Below, piece after piece: positions 1-10,784 of a stretch of 64,000 nt of DNA. A model generated the notes under the pieces. That model searched no databases. It was not told the origin of the DNA and saw nothing but the letters and a program-made list of their open reading frames with translations. How positions within the stretch are numbered: position 1 is the first letter of the stretch; each line of letters opens with the position of its first letter. The stretch spans positions 39,507 to 103,506 of the forward strand of contig DASCPX010000091.1 of the NCBI GenBank assembly GCA_036012755.1, read 5' to 3'. The DNA comes from Myxococcota bacterium (GTDB taxonomy: Bacteria; Myxococcota_A; UBA796; CAJQPC01). A program made the position numbers and the translations under genes.

Positions 1-2
1 CG

Positions 3-35
3 CGCCGACTGGTGTTCGTGGACGACGCCGACTGA
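3..35 (+). CDS. 3' end of upstream gene (partial, ...RRLVFVDDAD*)
   Basis: Open frame from the window edge to TGA at 33-35, directly followed by the GGAGG SD of mgtE. Confidence 0.3.
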   Translation, partial: RRLVFVDDAD

Positions 36-47
36 GGAGGCGACGAG

Positions 48-1397
48 ATGGCCGAGAACCTCGTCCACGCTCGGGTCGAAGCCATCCGGCGGCTCACTCG
101 CCGCAAGGCCACCCGTCCGCTCGAGCGCGCGCTCCAGAAGTCCTCTGCCGACGACATCGCAGAGGCCATCACCCACCTGACGCGCTCCGAGACCCGCTTC
201 TTGATGGTCCACATCGGAGACGACCAGGCTGGAGAGGTCCTGCTCACGGTCGGCGAGGTCGACTTCAACCAGCTCATCGAGGCGGCGCCGATCGACCGCG
301 TCCTGGCCTGGGTCGCCGAGCTCGATCCGGACGACGAGGCCGACTTCATCGCCCGGCTGCCAGAGGATCTGCGAGAGAAGGTCCTCGAGCGCCTCGCCCC
401 AGAAGAGCGGGAGCAGGCCGAGGGGCTGATGGCCTGGCCGGAGGACTCGGCTGGCGGGATCATGTCGCCGGTCGCCTTCCTGATGCAGGACGACACCACC
501 TGCCGTGACGCGATCCTGGCGATCCAGGAGCAGGGCGACGTGGAGATGGTGTTCTACCTCTACGTCGTGAGCGAGCAGGGCCAGCTCGTCGGCGTCACCT
601 CCCTGCGCCAGCTCCTGCTGAACTCCCCGTCGACTCCGCTCTCGGACATCATGACGCCGGACGTCATTTCGGTGCTCCCGGAAGAGGACCAGGAAGAGGT
701 CGCGCGCATCGCCAGCCGCTACGACCTGCTCGCAGTTCCGGTCTGCGACGACACCAACCACTTCCTCGGCATCGTCACGATCGACGACGTCCTCGATGTC
801 CTCCAGGAGGAGGCCGCAGAGGACCTCCTGAAGATGGCGGGTGTGGGCGAGGAGTACGACCCCACGGGCGCGAGCACCCTCAGGGCGTCCATGCAGCGCC
901 TCACCTGGCTCGTGGTCACGCTCGTCGGGGGTGTGCTCTTGTCAGAGGTCATCGGTGGCTTCCGCACCACCCTGTCCGAGCACGTCATGCTGGCCTTCTT
1001 CGTGCCGGTCATCATGGCGCTGGGCGGCGGCGTCGGCATCCAGGCCGCGACCATCACCGTGCGCAACCTCGCCACCGGCCATGTCGCCGTGGGCGCAGGC
1101 AGCCTCTCCCTGATCTGGAGAGAGGCCCGGGTCGGGATCCTCATGGGCACTGTGCTCGGTGCGGCGCTGTCCGCCTACGGCTGGTTCCGGTACGGCGAGC
1201 CGGCCTTCGCCCTGGTCGTGGGCTCGTCCATCCTGAGCACGGTGCTCCTGGCAGCCACCGTCGGGACGATGATCCCGCTGGCGCTCGAAAAGGCGGGAGC
1301 TGATCCGGCCGTCGCGACGGGCCCCTTCGTGACCATCCTCATCGACGCCATCGCCATCGTGCTCTACATGACGCTGGCGACTCTCCTGATGCTCTGA
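48..1397 (+). CDS. mgtE: Magnesium transporter MgtE
   Basis: MgtE N-domain, paired CBS domains (SAGGIM, YLYVV, GIVTIDDV), five-TM C-domain with DPAVATGPFVTILID; SD GAGGAGG. Confidence 0.95.
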   Translation: MAENLVHARVEAIRRLTRRKATRPLERALQKSSADDIAEAITHLTRSETRFLMVHIGDDQAGEVLLTVGEVDFNQLIEAAPIDRVLAWVAELDPDDEADFIARLPEDLREKVLERLAPEEREQAEGLMAWPEDSAGGIMSPVAFLMQDDTTCRDAILAIQEQGDVEMVFYLYVVSEQGQLVGVTSLRQLLLNSPSTPLSDIMTPDVISVLPEEDQEEVARIASRYDLLAVPVCDDTNHFLGIVTIDDVLDVLQEEAAEDLLKMAGVGEEYDPTGASTLRASMQRLTWLVVTLVGGVLLSEVIGGFRTTLSEHVMLAFFVPVIMALGGGVGIQAATITVRNLATGHVAVGAGSLSLIWREARVGILMGTVLGAALSAYGWFRYGEPAFALVVGSSILSTVLLAATVGTMIPLALEKAGADPAVATGPFVTILIDAIAIVLYMTLATLLML

Positions 1398-1401
1398 GGA
1401 C

Positions 1402-2127
1402 ATGCGAGGCGGCAGCGAGGTCCTCGGCATCGTCGTCGGTCACGTCGACTACGGCGAGGCCGATCGCATCGTGCACCTCCTCACCCCCGAGCAGGGCCGG
1501 GTCGCGGCGATGGCCCGCGGGGCCCGAAAGAGCAGGAAGCGCTTCGGCGGAGCGCTGGATCTCGGCAACCGGATCCGGACCCACATCTCCCGCGGCAAGG
1601 GCGAGCTCTGGCGCCTCGCCGGGGCCACGCTGGATCACGGACGGCCTCACGTGCGCCGGGACCTGGAGCGCATCGCCCTGTTGGCCTATGCCTGCGAGCT
1701 CGTCGGTCTGCTCTGCCCCAGGGAGCAGCCCGCGCCGGTCTTCTTTGGCTTGCTGGACACCGCGCTGTTGGTCCTCGACGCGTGCAGCGAGCCCCCCAAG
1801 ACGAGCTGGAGGCCAGCGCTGGAGGCCAAGGCGCTCACCTTCGCGGGCTTCGCCCCCCGGCTGGAGCGCTGTGACGTCTGCGGGCTCGTGGCCGACGACG
1901 ACATCGTGTTCTCCGCGAGCAACGGCGGGGTCCGCCACGCGGTCTGTGGGGGAGGGGCCCCGATGAGCGTCGGCTTCGCCAGGGCGCTGGAGTCCGCGCG
2001 GCGAACCCCCCTGTCCGAGCTGGTGGACACCGACCTCCCGGAGGGCGACGCCTGGTGTTTGAACGAGCTGCTCGTCTGGCACACGGGCCGTGGGCTCAAG
2101 TCCCGTTCCCTCCTCGAGGGGATATGA
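1402..2127 (+). CDS. recO: DNA repair protein RecO
   Basis: YGEADRIVHLLT..GRV..ARGARKSRKRFGG N-terminus; CDVC...C zinc-finger region; ends LKSRSLL. Confidence 0.9.
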   Translation: MRGGSEVLGIVVGHVDYGEADRIVHLLTPEQGRVAAMARGARKSRKRFGGALDLGNRIRTHISRGKGELWRLAGATLDHGRPHVRRDLERIALLAYACELVGLLCPREQPAPVFFGLLDTALLVLDACSEPPKTSWRPALEAKALTFAGFAPRLERCDVCGLVADDDIVFSASNGGVRHAVCGGGAPMSVGFARALESARRTPLSELVDTDLPEGDAWCLNELLVWHTGRGLKSRSLLEGI

Positions 2128-2134
2128 CAGCGCC

Positions 2135-2503
2135 ATGCCGGTCATCCACGTTCGCGCGCTGAGCCCCTCTGACGAGAGCGTGCGCGCCCTGATGCAGGCG
2201 CTCCCGCTGGCGGTCGCCCATGCGACTGGCATCCGGACCGAGCGCATCTGGGCCACCTTCACCCCGCTGAGACCTGGCGCATCCAGTGTCGCTGGTCGCC
2301 TGGTAGAGAGCCCCGCCGATGGCCCCATCGCCTACGTCGACGCTCACGTCCAGCCCCGCACCCCCTTCGTCGTCGAGGCCCTGATCGAGGCCGCCGCGCG
2401 CTGCGTCGCCGAGCACCTCGAGCTCCCGGTCGAGGACGTCTGGGCGCGGGCATGGCCCATCGAGCCTGGCACCGTGTTCGCAGGCGGCGACATCCAGCGC
2501 TAA
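2135..2503 (+). CDS. Tautomerase-superfamily-like small protein
   Basis: Starts M-P-V-I-H-V (Pro1 after Met removal) with two beta-alpha-beta-like halves; start moved to ATG 2135. Confidence 0.5.
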   Translation: MPVIHVRALSPSDESVRALMQALPLAVAHATGIRTERIWATFTPLRPGASSVAGRLVESPADGPIAYVDAHVQPRTPFVVEALIEAAARCVAEHLELPVEDVWARAWPIEPGTVFAGGDIQR

Positions 2504-2513
2504 GGTTCAGCCC

Positions 2514-3194
2514 GTGCTGCTCCTCGCCTGCTATGTCGTCACACCGGAGCCCAGCTCCGAGGTCACCGTCCAGGGCTGGGTCTACGACTCGCCGCTGGCG
2601 GGCGAGGGCGAGGTCATCTCGACCGGCTCGGTCACCTACCTCGACAACAACCTCGTCGAGCTGACCGAGGCCGAGCAGCCTTTTCCGAGCTACCCGGGCT
2701 ACTGGCGCGCAACCATCCCCGCGGACGAGGAGTACAACCTCGTGATCGACGGCGGCGAGGGATACCACCCGGCGATCTGGCGCGGGCGGGCGCCGACGGG
2801 CGATGCCCAGAGCTTCCCGGTGTTCGGCTTCCGATCGGAGCAGGTCGACACCTTCTTCGAGGACCTCGAGGCCGTGACCGGCGTCGACGTCCACGTCGGG
2901 ACCGAGGATCTCGTGCACGTCTGGGGCAGCCCCAACGATCCGGAGTCCGTCTCCGGCGACGAGATCGGGGTCTACGCCAACGGCGGCGCCGGGGGCGTGC
3001 TGGCTTTCGCCGTGAACGACGAGGGAGTGCTGGAACAGACGGTCGATTCGCCGGTCCACTACTTCTTCGCCTTCAACCTGGAGCCCGGAGAGATCGTCGT
3101 CGCCTTCGATCAGGACGGCGTGGTCACGGAGGAGGCCTACGCCACCGTCGGCGGCGACATCGTCGCCCCCTGGTACTTCGAGGGCACCCGATGA
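2514..3194 (+). CDS. Acidic putative lipoprotein, beta-rich, unknown function
   Basis: GTG start after AAGG; MLLLAC leader; stop overlaps the next start. Confidence 0.75.
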   Translation: MLLLACYVVTPEPSSEVTVQGWVYDSPLAGEGEVISTGSVTYLDNNLVELTEAEQPFPSYPGYWRATIPADEEYNLVIDGGEGYHPAIWRGRAPTGDAQSFPVFGFRSEQVDTFFEDLEAVTGVDVHVGTEDLVHVWGSPNDPESVSGDEIGVYANGGAGGVLAFAVNDEGVLEQTVDSPVHYFFAFNLEPGEIVVAFDQDGVVTEEAYATVGGDIVAPWYFEGTR

Positions 3195-3901
3195 TCCTGC
3201 TGTTGGCCTGCAGCCAGGAGCCCGATCTCGTGACGCTCTCCGGAGTCGTCGCAGGGAGTCGCGAAGACGACGACGTCGGGGCGAGCGAGATCCTCGTCGA
3301 GACCCTGGGGCCCACCTATGAAGCGGTCGACGACGCGGCCACCGATGGCCGGGGCTACTTCGAGGTCCAGGTGATCGGCAGCACGCTGATGTACGTGACC
3401 TTCTCTGGCGACGACTTCGCCGCGACCGGCTTCACCGGCGTGGTCGGGGCAGAGGACTATGCCGTCGACGACGGGATCCTCTTCATGAAGACCGACGACG
3501 AGGTCGCGGCGCTCGACGCGCAGTACGCCGGCTGTCCGTACGTCGAGGAGGAAGGGGTCGGCCTCGTCGAGGGCGAGGTCCGCTACCACCTGCCCGGCTA
3601 CGAGGTCGACGACGGCGAGTGGCCGCTGGCCGGCAATGCCTACGCCTGGCTCACCGACGAGGGAGGCACGACCTGGGATGCCTGCTACCTCGACGGCGAG
3701 ACCGGCCTCTACGATCCTGACGCCGAGGTCACGGGAGACACAGGTCGGATCGCCATCTTCGGCGCCTTCAGTGGCCCCGCGACGCTCACCGTGGGCTACG
3801 AGATCGAAGGCGAGCCCTACTACGCGACGGAGTATATGGTCCACGTTCCAGAGGGCGGAATAGCTCCGATCTACCCCGCGTACGTACCGCTTCCTGGGTG
3901 A
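3191..3901 (+). CDS. Acidic putative lipoprotein, carboxypeptidase-regulatory-like beta-sandwich
   Basis: ATGA overlap; MILLLAC leader; VTLSGVV...ATDGRGYFEV motif. Confidence 0.75.
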   Translation: MILLLACSQEPDLVTLSGVVAGSREDDDVGASEILVETLGPTYEAVDDAATDGRGYFEVQVIGSTLMYVTFSGDDFAATGFTGVVGAEDYAVDDGILFMKTDDEVAALDAQYAGCPYVEEEGVGLVEGEVRYHLPGYEVDDGEWPLAGNAYAWLTDEGGTTWDACYLDGETGLYDPDAEVTGDTGRIAIFGAFSGPATLTVGYEIEGEPYYATEYMVHVPEGGIAPIYPAYVPLPG

Positions 3902-3969
3902 GCTTTGTTGCGCGGATCTCTCCAAGTCGGTAGCGTACGCTTCCCATTCCACACAAGGACACTTCGACC

Positions 3970-4245
3970 ATGGGTCAGATCACCAAGCCCGACACGAACC
4001 CCATCGTTCCCGCCCTCCTGAACTTCCTGCTGTTCGGCGGCGTCGGCTACCTGATGATGGGTCAGCAGAAGAAGGGCATCATCAGCATCGTCGCGACGCT
4101 GATCCTCGCCTGCGTCGGCATCGGCTTCATCATCCCGTTCATCACCGCATACGACGCCTACCTCCTGGGCCAGAAGCTCCAGAGCGGCGCCAGCATCGGC
4201 GAGATGGAGAACGGCCTCGATTTCCTGAACGCGATCTTCAAGTAG
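3970..4245 (+). CDS. Small TM2-like membrane protein
   Basis: SD AAGGA; PIVPALLNFLLFGGVGYLMMGQ..KG motif; two hydrophobic segments. Confidence 0.8.
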   Translation: MGQITKPDTNPIVPALLNFLLFGGVGYLMMGQQKKGIISIVATLILACVGIGFIIPFITAYDAYLLGQKLQSGASIGEMENGLDFLNAIFK

Positions 4246-4255
4246 GTCAGGCGGA

Positions 4256-4678
4256 TTGACCACCCACGCCAATCCAGAAGCGGCGTGGGCAGAGGGCAGG
4301 GCCTCCACTCCGGGGACCCTGCTCTTGCTCGTGGGCTTCTTGTCCATCGGGATGGCGGCGCTGAACATGCTCAACGGCCTGTTCGGCTTCGCCGACGGGG
4401 TGATGGCCAGCTACACGCCGGACGAGGAGTTCGGCGCGGCGATGAGCGGCACGACAGCCGTCCTCGTCGGCGCGTTCAACCTCGTGTTCTCCTGCGTGAT
4501 CGCCGCCGCGGGCTGGCGGATGCGCCACTTGGAGAGTCACACCCTGTGCATGGCCGGGGCGATCCTCGCAGCCGTGCCGTGCCTCTCGGGCTGCTCCTGC
4601 TGCCTCGTCACGATCCCGGTGGGGATCTGGTGTCTGCAGGTACTGCGTGACGACATGGTCCGCGCGCAGTTCCACTGA
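4256..4678 (+). CDS. Membrane protein (3-4 TM), unknown function
   Basis: TTG start; hydrophobic segments; Cys-rich PCLSGCSCCLVTIPVGIW motif. Confidence 0.7.
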   Translation: MTTHANPEAAWAEGRASTPGTLLLLVGFLSIGMAALNMLNGLFGFADGVMASYTPDEEFGAAMSGTTAVLVGAFNLVFSCVIAAAGWRMRHLESHTLCMAGAILAAVPCLSGCSCCLVTIPVGIWCLQVLRDDMVRAQFH

Positions 4679-4699
4679 CCTCTGCAGGTGCCCCCCTGC

Positions 4700-4890
4700 G
4701 CCTACGCCGCACCCCCCTCCGGCAGCAGCGCGCCCGACCTTTCTCCTCACGGGCGTGCAAGCACGCCGATTCCGGGGGTATCTCAGGGCCCAAGGATCCA
4801 AAGCGTCTCCTTGAGCGTCGAGAACCCCGGGGTTCTCTGTTGCCAAGGATACGTTTTGGCTCCTTGAGGCCGGAGGGGGCCGGCCTCAGA
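4700..4890 (+). ncRNA. Candidate structured non-coding RNA (family not recognised)
   Basis: 207-bp gap between convergent genes with an 11-bp closing stem (4713-4723/4869-4879) and several internal stems; stem mismatches resolve as G-U pairs on the + strand. Confidence 0.45.
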
Positions 4891-5182
4891 GCCAGCGGAG
4901 CATCGCGACCCTGTCCTCGCCCCGGGCGAGTTGCCAGGCGTCGAGGGCGCTGAGGACCTGGAAGACGAAGATCACCGGCGAGACGACCATCGCCACCTGC
5001 TTCATCTCCATGCTCGTGGCGACGAGGTTCACGAGCTGGAGCGCGAGCACGATCCCGAAGGCGATGCCGAAGCTACGCCAGCGACCCAGGTAGGCGTAGC
5101 CGAGACCTCCGAAGAGGCAGGTCAGCTGGAGGATCGCCGCCAGGACAGGTCGCTTTCTTCGGGGCTCAGAGGTGGTCGACAT
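4886..5182 (-). CDS. Small TM2-like membrane protein
   Basis: RPVLAAILQLTCLFGGLGYAYLGRW...SALDAWQLAR, similar pattern to 3970-4245. Confidence 0.75.
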   Translation of the reverse strand: MSTTSEPRRKRPVLAAILQLTCLFGGLGYAYLGRWRSFGIAFGIVLALQLVNLVATSMEMKQVAMVVSPVIFVFQVLSALDAWQLARGEDRVAMLRWL

Positions 5183-5222
5183 GGGGTGGGTGCGCAGTTA
5201 GTGCCGCCGGGGCCTAGTCGCA

Positions 5223-6071
5223 ATGACCTTCCAGGAACTCATTCTCCGACTCCAGCGCTACTGGGGTGATCAGGGCTGCGCCGTGCTGCAGCCCCTCGAC
5301 ACGGAGGTCGGAGCCGGGACCTTTCATCCGGCGACCTTCCTGCGTTGCCTCGGGCCCGAGCCCTGGCGTGCCGTCTACGTGCAGCCTTGTCGCCGCCCGG
5401 CGGACGCCCGCTACGGCGAGAACCCCAACCGGCTCGGCCACTACTACCAGCTGCAGGTGCTCATCAAGCCCTCGCCCCAGAACATCCAGGACCTCTACCT
5501 GAGCAGCCTCGAGGCTATCGGCGTCGACCTGTCGCGCCACGACATCCGCTTCGTGCACGACGACTGGGAGTCACCGACCCTCGGCGCCTGGGGCCTCGGC
5601 TGGGAGGTCTGGCTCGATGGCATGGAGGTCACCCAGTACACCTACTTCCAGCAGTGCGGCGGGCACGAGCTCTCGCCGGTCTCCGTGGAGCTCACCTACG
5701 GGCTCGAGCGCCTGGCCATGTACCTCCAGGACGTGGACGACGTCTACGACCTGACCTGGGTCGAGGGCATCTCGTACCGGGACGTCTTCCACCGGAACGA
5801 GGTCGAGCAGAGCGCCTACAACTTCGAGCACGCCGACATCGAGGCGCTCTTCGCGAGCTTCAACACCGCCTTCGCCGAGTGCAAGCGCCTCGTCGAGGTG
5901 GGTCTGGCGCTGCCTGCCTACGACCAGTGCTGCAAGTGCTCCCACCTGTTCAACATGCTCGACGCCCGCGGAGCGATCTCGGTCGCGGAGCGGGCTCAGT
6001 ACATCAAGCGCATCCGGGATCTCGCCTGCGCCTGCGCGGACTGCTGGCTCGGAGAGGCACACCATGCCTGA
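5223..6071 (+). CDS. glyQ: Glycine--tRNA ligase alpha subunit
   Basis: [67 protein letters not shown]. Confidence 0.98.
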   Translation: MTFQELILRLQRYWGDQGCAVLQPLDTEVGAGTFHPATFLRCLGPEPWRAVYVQPCRRPADARYGENPNRLGHYYQLQVLIKPSPQNIQDLYLSSLEAIGVDLSRHDIRFVHDDWESPTLGAWGLGWEVWLDGMEVTQYTYFQQCGGHELSPVSVELTYGLERLAMYLQDVDDVYDLTWVEGISYRDVFHRNEVEQSAYNFEHADIEALFASFNTAFAECKRLVEVGLALPAYDQCCKCSHLFNMLDARGAISVAERAQYIKRIRDLACACADCWLGEAHHA

Positions 6072-8091
6072 TCTGCTCGTAGAGGTTCGCTGCGAGGAGC
6101 TCCCCCACGAGATGGTCTCGCCTGCGCGAGATGCCCTCGCGGATGGTCTCGTCGCGCTGCTGTCCGGTATCGAGCACGGCGCGGTCCGGACCTGGTCGAC
6201 GCCCCGCCGCATCGCCGTCGGCATCGAGGATGTCGCCACCGGGCGCCCGGTCGAGGACAAGCTCGTCACCGGACCTCCTGTCGCTGCCGCCAAGCGGGAC
6301 GGCGAGTGGACCAGGGCTGCGCTCGGCTTCGCCAGAGGGCGCGGCGTGGATGTCGACGACCTCGTCATCGTCGAAGGTCCGAAGGGGCCCGTCGTGGGCG
6401 CCACGATCCGCGTGGGAGGCGAGCGGACCCTCGACCTCGTCGCTGCTGGCCTCGAGAAGCTGATCGTCGGGCTCCCGTTCAAGAAGAGCATGCGCTGGGG
6501 CGATGGCCCTACGCGCTGGGGCCGCCCGCTACACCAGGTCGTCGCCGTGTTCGATGGAAACCGAGTCCCCGCGACGGTGGCGGGGATCGCCACCAGCGAC
6601 GTGGTCGTCGGGCACAGGCGCTGCACGCTGAGTCCGGGGCCGGTCAGGGACCTGGCCAGCTACCCGGAGTCGCTGGAGGCCCGGTGGGTCATCGCAGACC
6701 GGGGACGGCGGACGGAGCTCATCCGCGAGCTGCTCCTGGCCGCTGCCGCGGAGCACCAGGTCGAGGTCCCAATCGACGAGGTCCTGCTCGAAGAGGTCAC
6801 GGACCTCGTCGAGTGGCCTGTGGTCGTCGTCGGCAGCTTCGACGCGGAGCTCCTGGACCTGCCGGGGCGCCTGCTCGTCGAGTCCATGAAGGTCCACCAG
6901 CGGACCTTCCCCACGATGAAGGACGGGCGCCTCCACAACCTCGTCCTCTGCGTCTCGAACAACCCCACCGGTGACGCGAAGCTCATCGCCCACGGCAACG
7001 CAAAGGTCCTTCGCGCCCGCTTCTACGACGCGAAGTTCTTCTTCGCCGAGGACAAGAAGCGGGGGCTGTCCGAGCTGGGGCAGGGGCTCTCCAAGATGCG
7101 CTGGGTCCGTGGCCTCGGCACGATGCTGGACAAGCAGGCGCGGCTGCGCCACTTCGCTGGAGAGCTGGCACCGCGTCTCGGCGCCAATCCCGCGCAGGCC
7201 CAGCGGGCCGCGCACCTCGCCAAGAACGACCTCGTCTCGCAGATGGTGGCGGAGTTCCCCAAGCTCCAGGGCCACATGGGGCGCCTCTACGCCCAGCACG
7301 AATCAGAGGACGATGTCGTCGCCCTGGCCATCGAGGAGCACTACCTTCCTCGCTTCGCCGGGGACGTGCTCCCGAGCACGGCGGAGGGCGCCGTCGTGGC
7401 CCTCGCCGATCGCCTGGACACCCTCGCGGGCTGCTTCAGCATCGGGCTGTTGCCCAAGAGCTCGGCCGACCCCCAGGGGCTGCGGCGGGCTGCCAACGGC
7501 GTCCTCGCGATCCTCCTGGATCGAGGTCTGCGGGTGGAGCTCGGTGACCTGCTCGAGCCCTTCTGTGTCCAGTATCCGGAGCTCGACGCCGCGAAGCTGG
7601 TCCAGTTCGTGCGCGGGCGACTTCGGGCCCAGCTCGTCGCCGACCACGCCACGGATCTCGTCGACGCCGTGCTCGAAGCTGGCGGAGAAGACGTCGTGCA
7701 GGTGGAGGCGCGGGTCCAGGCGCTGACGGCGCTGTCGGCCTCTGGCCAGTTCGGGTCCCTGATGACCGCCTTCAAGCGGGTGCTGAACATCTCGAAGGAC
7801 CACACCGACTCGAGCTACCACCGCGGCGCCTTCATCCAGCCCGCGGAGCACGCCCTCGCCGACGCCTTCGAGGCCGCCGCAGAGGGCATACCCGCGCAGC
7901 TGGACTCCCTCGACATCGAGGGGGCCATCGACGCGATGATCGCAATGAAGCCGGCCATCGACGGCTACTTCGACAACGTCCTCGTCATGGCCGAGGACCA
8001 CGAGCTGCGTACTGCGCGCCTCGGGCTGCTCCGAGCGATCTCGGGGCTGTTCCGATCCGTCGCGGACTTCCGGCTCATCCACACCGAGTAG
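6064..8091 (+). CDS. glyS: Glycine--tRNA ligase beta subunit
   Basis: [54 protein letters not shown]; overlaps glyQ. Confidence 0.96.
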   Translation: MPDLLVEVRCEELPHEMVSPARDALADGLVALLSGIEHGAVRTWSTPRRIAVGIEDVATGRPVEDKLVTGPPVAAAKRDGEWTRAALGFARGRGVDVDDLVIVEGPKGPVVGATIRVGGERTLDLVAAGLEKLIVGLPFKKSMRWGDGPTRWGRPLHQVVAVFDGNRVPATVAGIATSDVVVGHRRCTLSPGPVRDLASYPESLEARWVIADRGRRTELIRELLLAAAAEHQVEVPIDEVLLEEVTDLVEWPVVVVGSFDAELLDLPGRLLVESMKVHQRTFPTMKDGRLHNLVLCVSNNPTGDAKLIAHGNAKVLRARFYDAKFFFAEDKKRGLSELGQGLSKMRWVRGLGTMLDKQARLRHFAGELAPRLGANPAQAQRAAHLAKNDLVSQMVAEFPKLQGHMGRLYAQHESEDDVVALAIEEHYLPRFAGDVLPSTAEGAVVALADRLDTLAGCFSIGLLPKSSADPQGLRRAANGVLAILLDRGLRVELGDLLEPFCVQYPELDAAKLVQFVRGRLRAQLVADHATDLVDAVLEAGGEDVVQVEARVQALTALSASGQFGSLMTAFKRVLNISKDHTDSSYHRGAFIQPAEHALADAFEAAAEGIPAQLDSLDIEGAIDAMIAMKPAIDGYFDNVLVMAEDHELRTARLGLLRAISGLFRSVADFRLIHTE

Positions 8092-8094
8092 GGA

Positions 8095-10731
<2,637 letters not shown>

Positions 10732-10784
10732 GCTGATCGGATGGCCCCTTCACATGGTGCCGCCGCCTCTGCACTGCGATAGGG

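Noticed and set aside
4740..4792. TPP riboswitch on the minus strand (CTGAGA-TACCC)
   Set aside because: The following GAACCTGA and GCGnAGGGA elements are missing, and no downstream gene lies in that orientation
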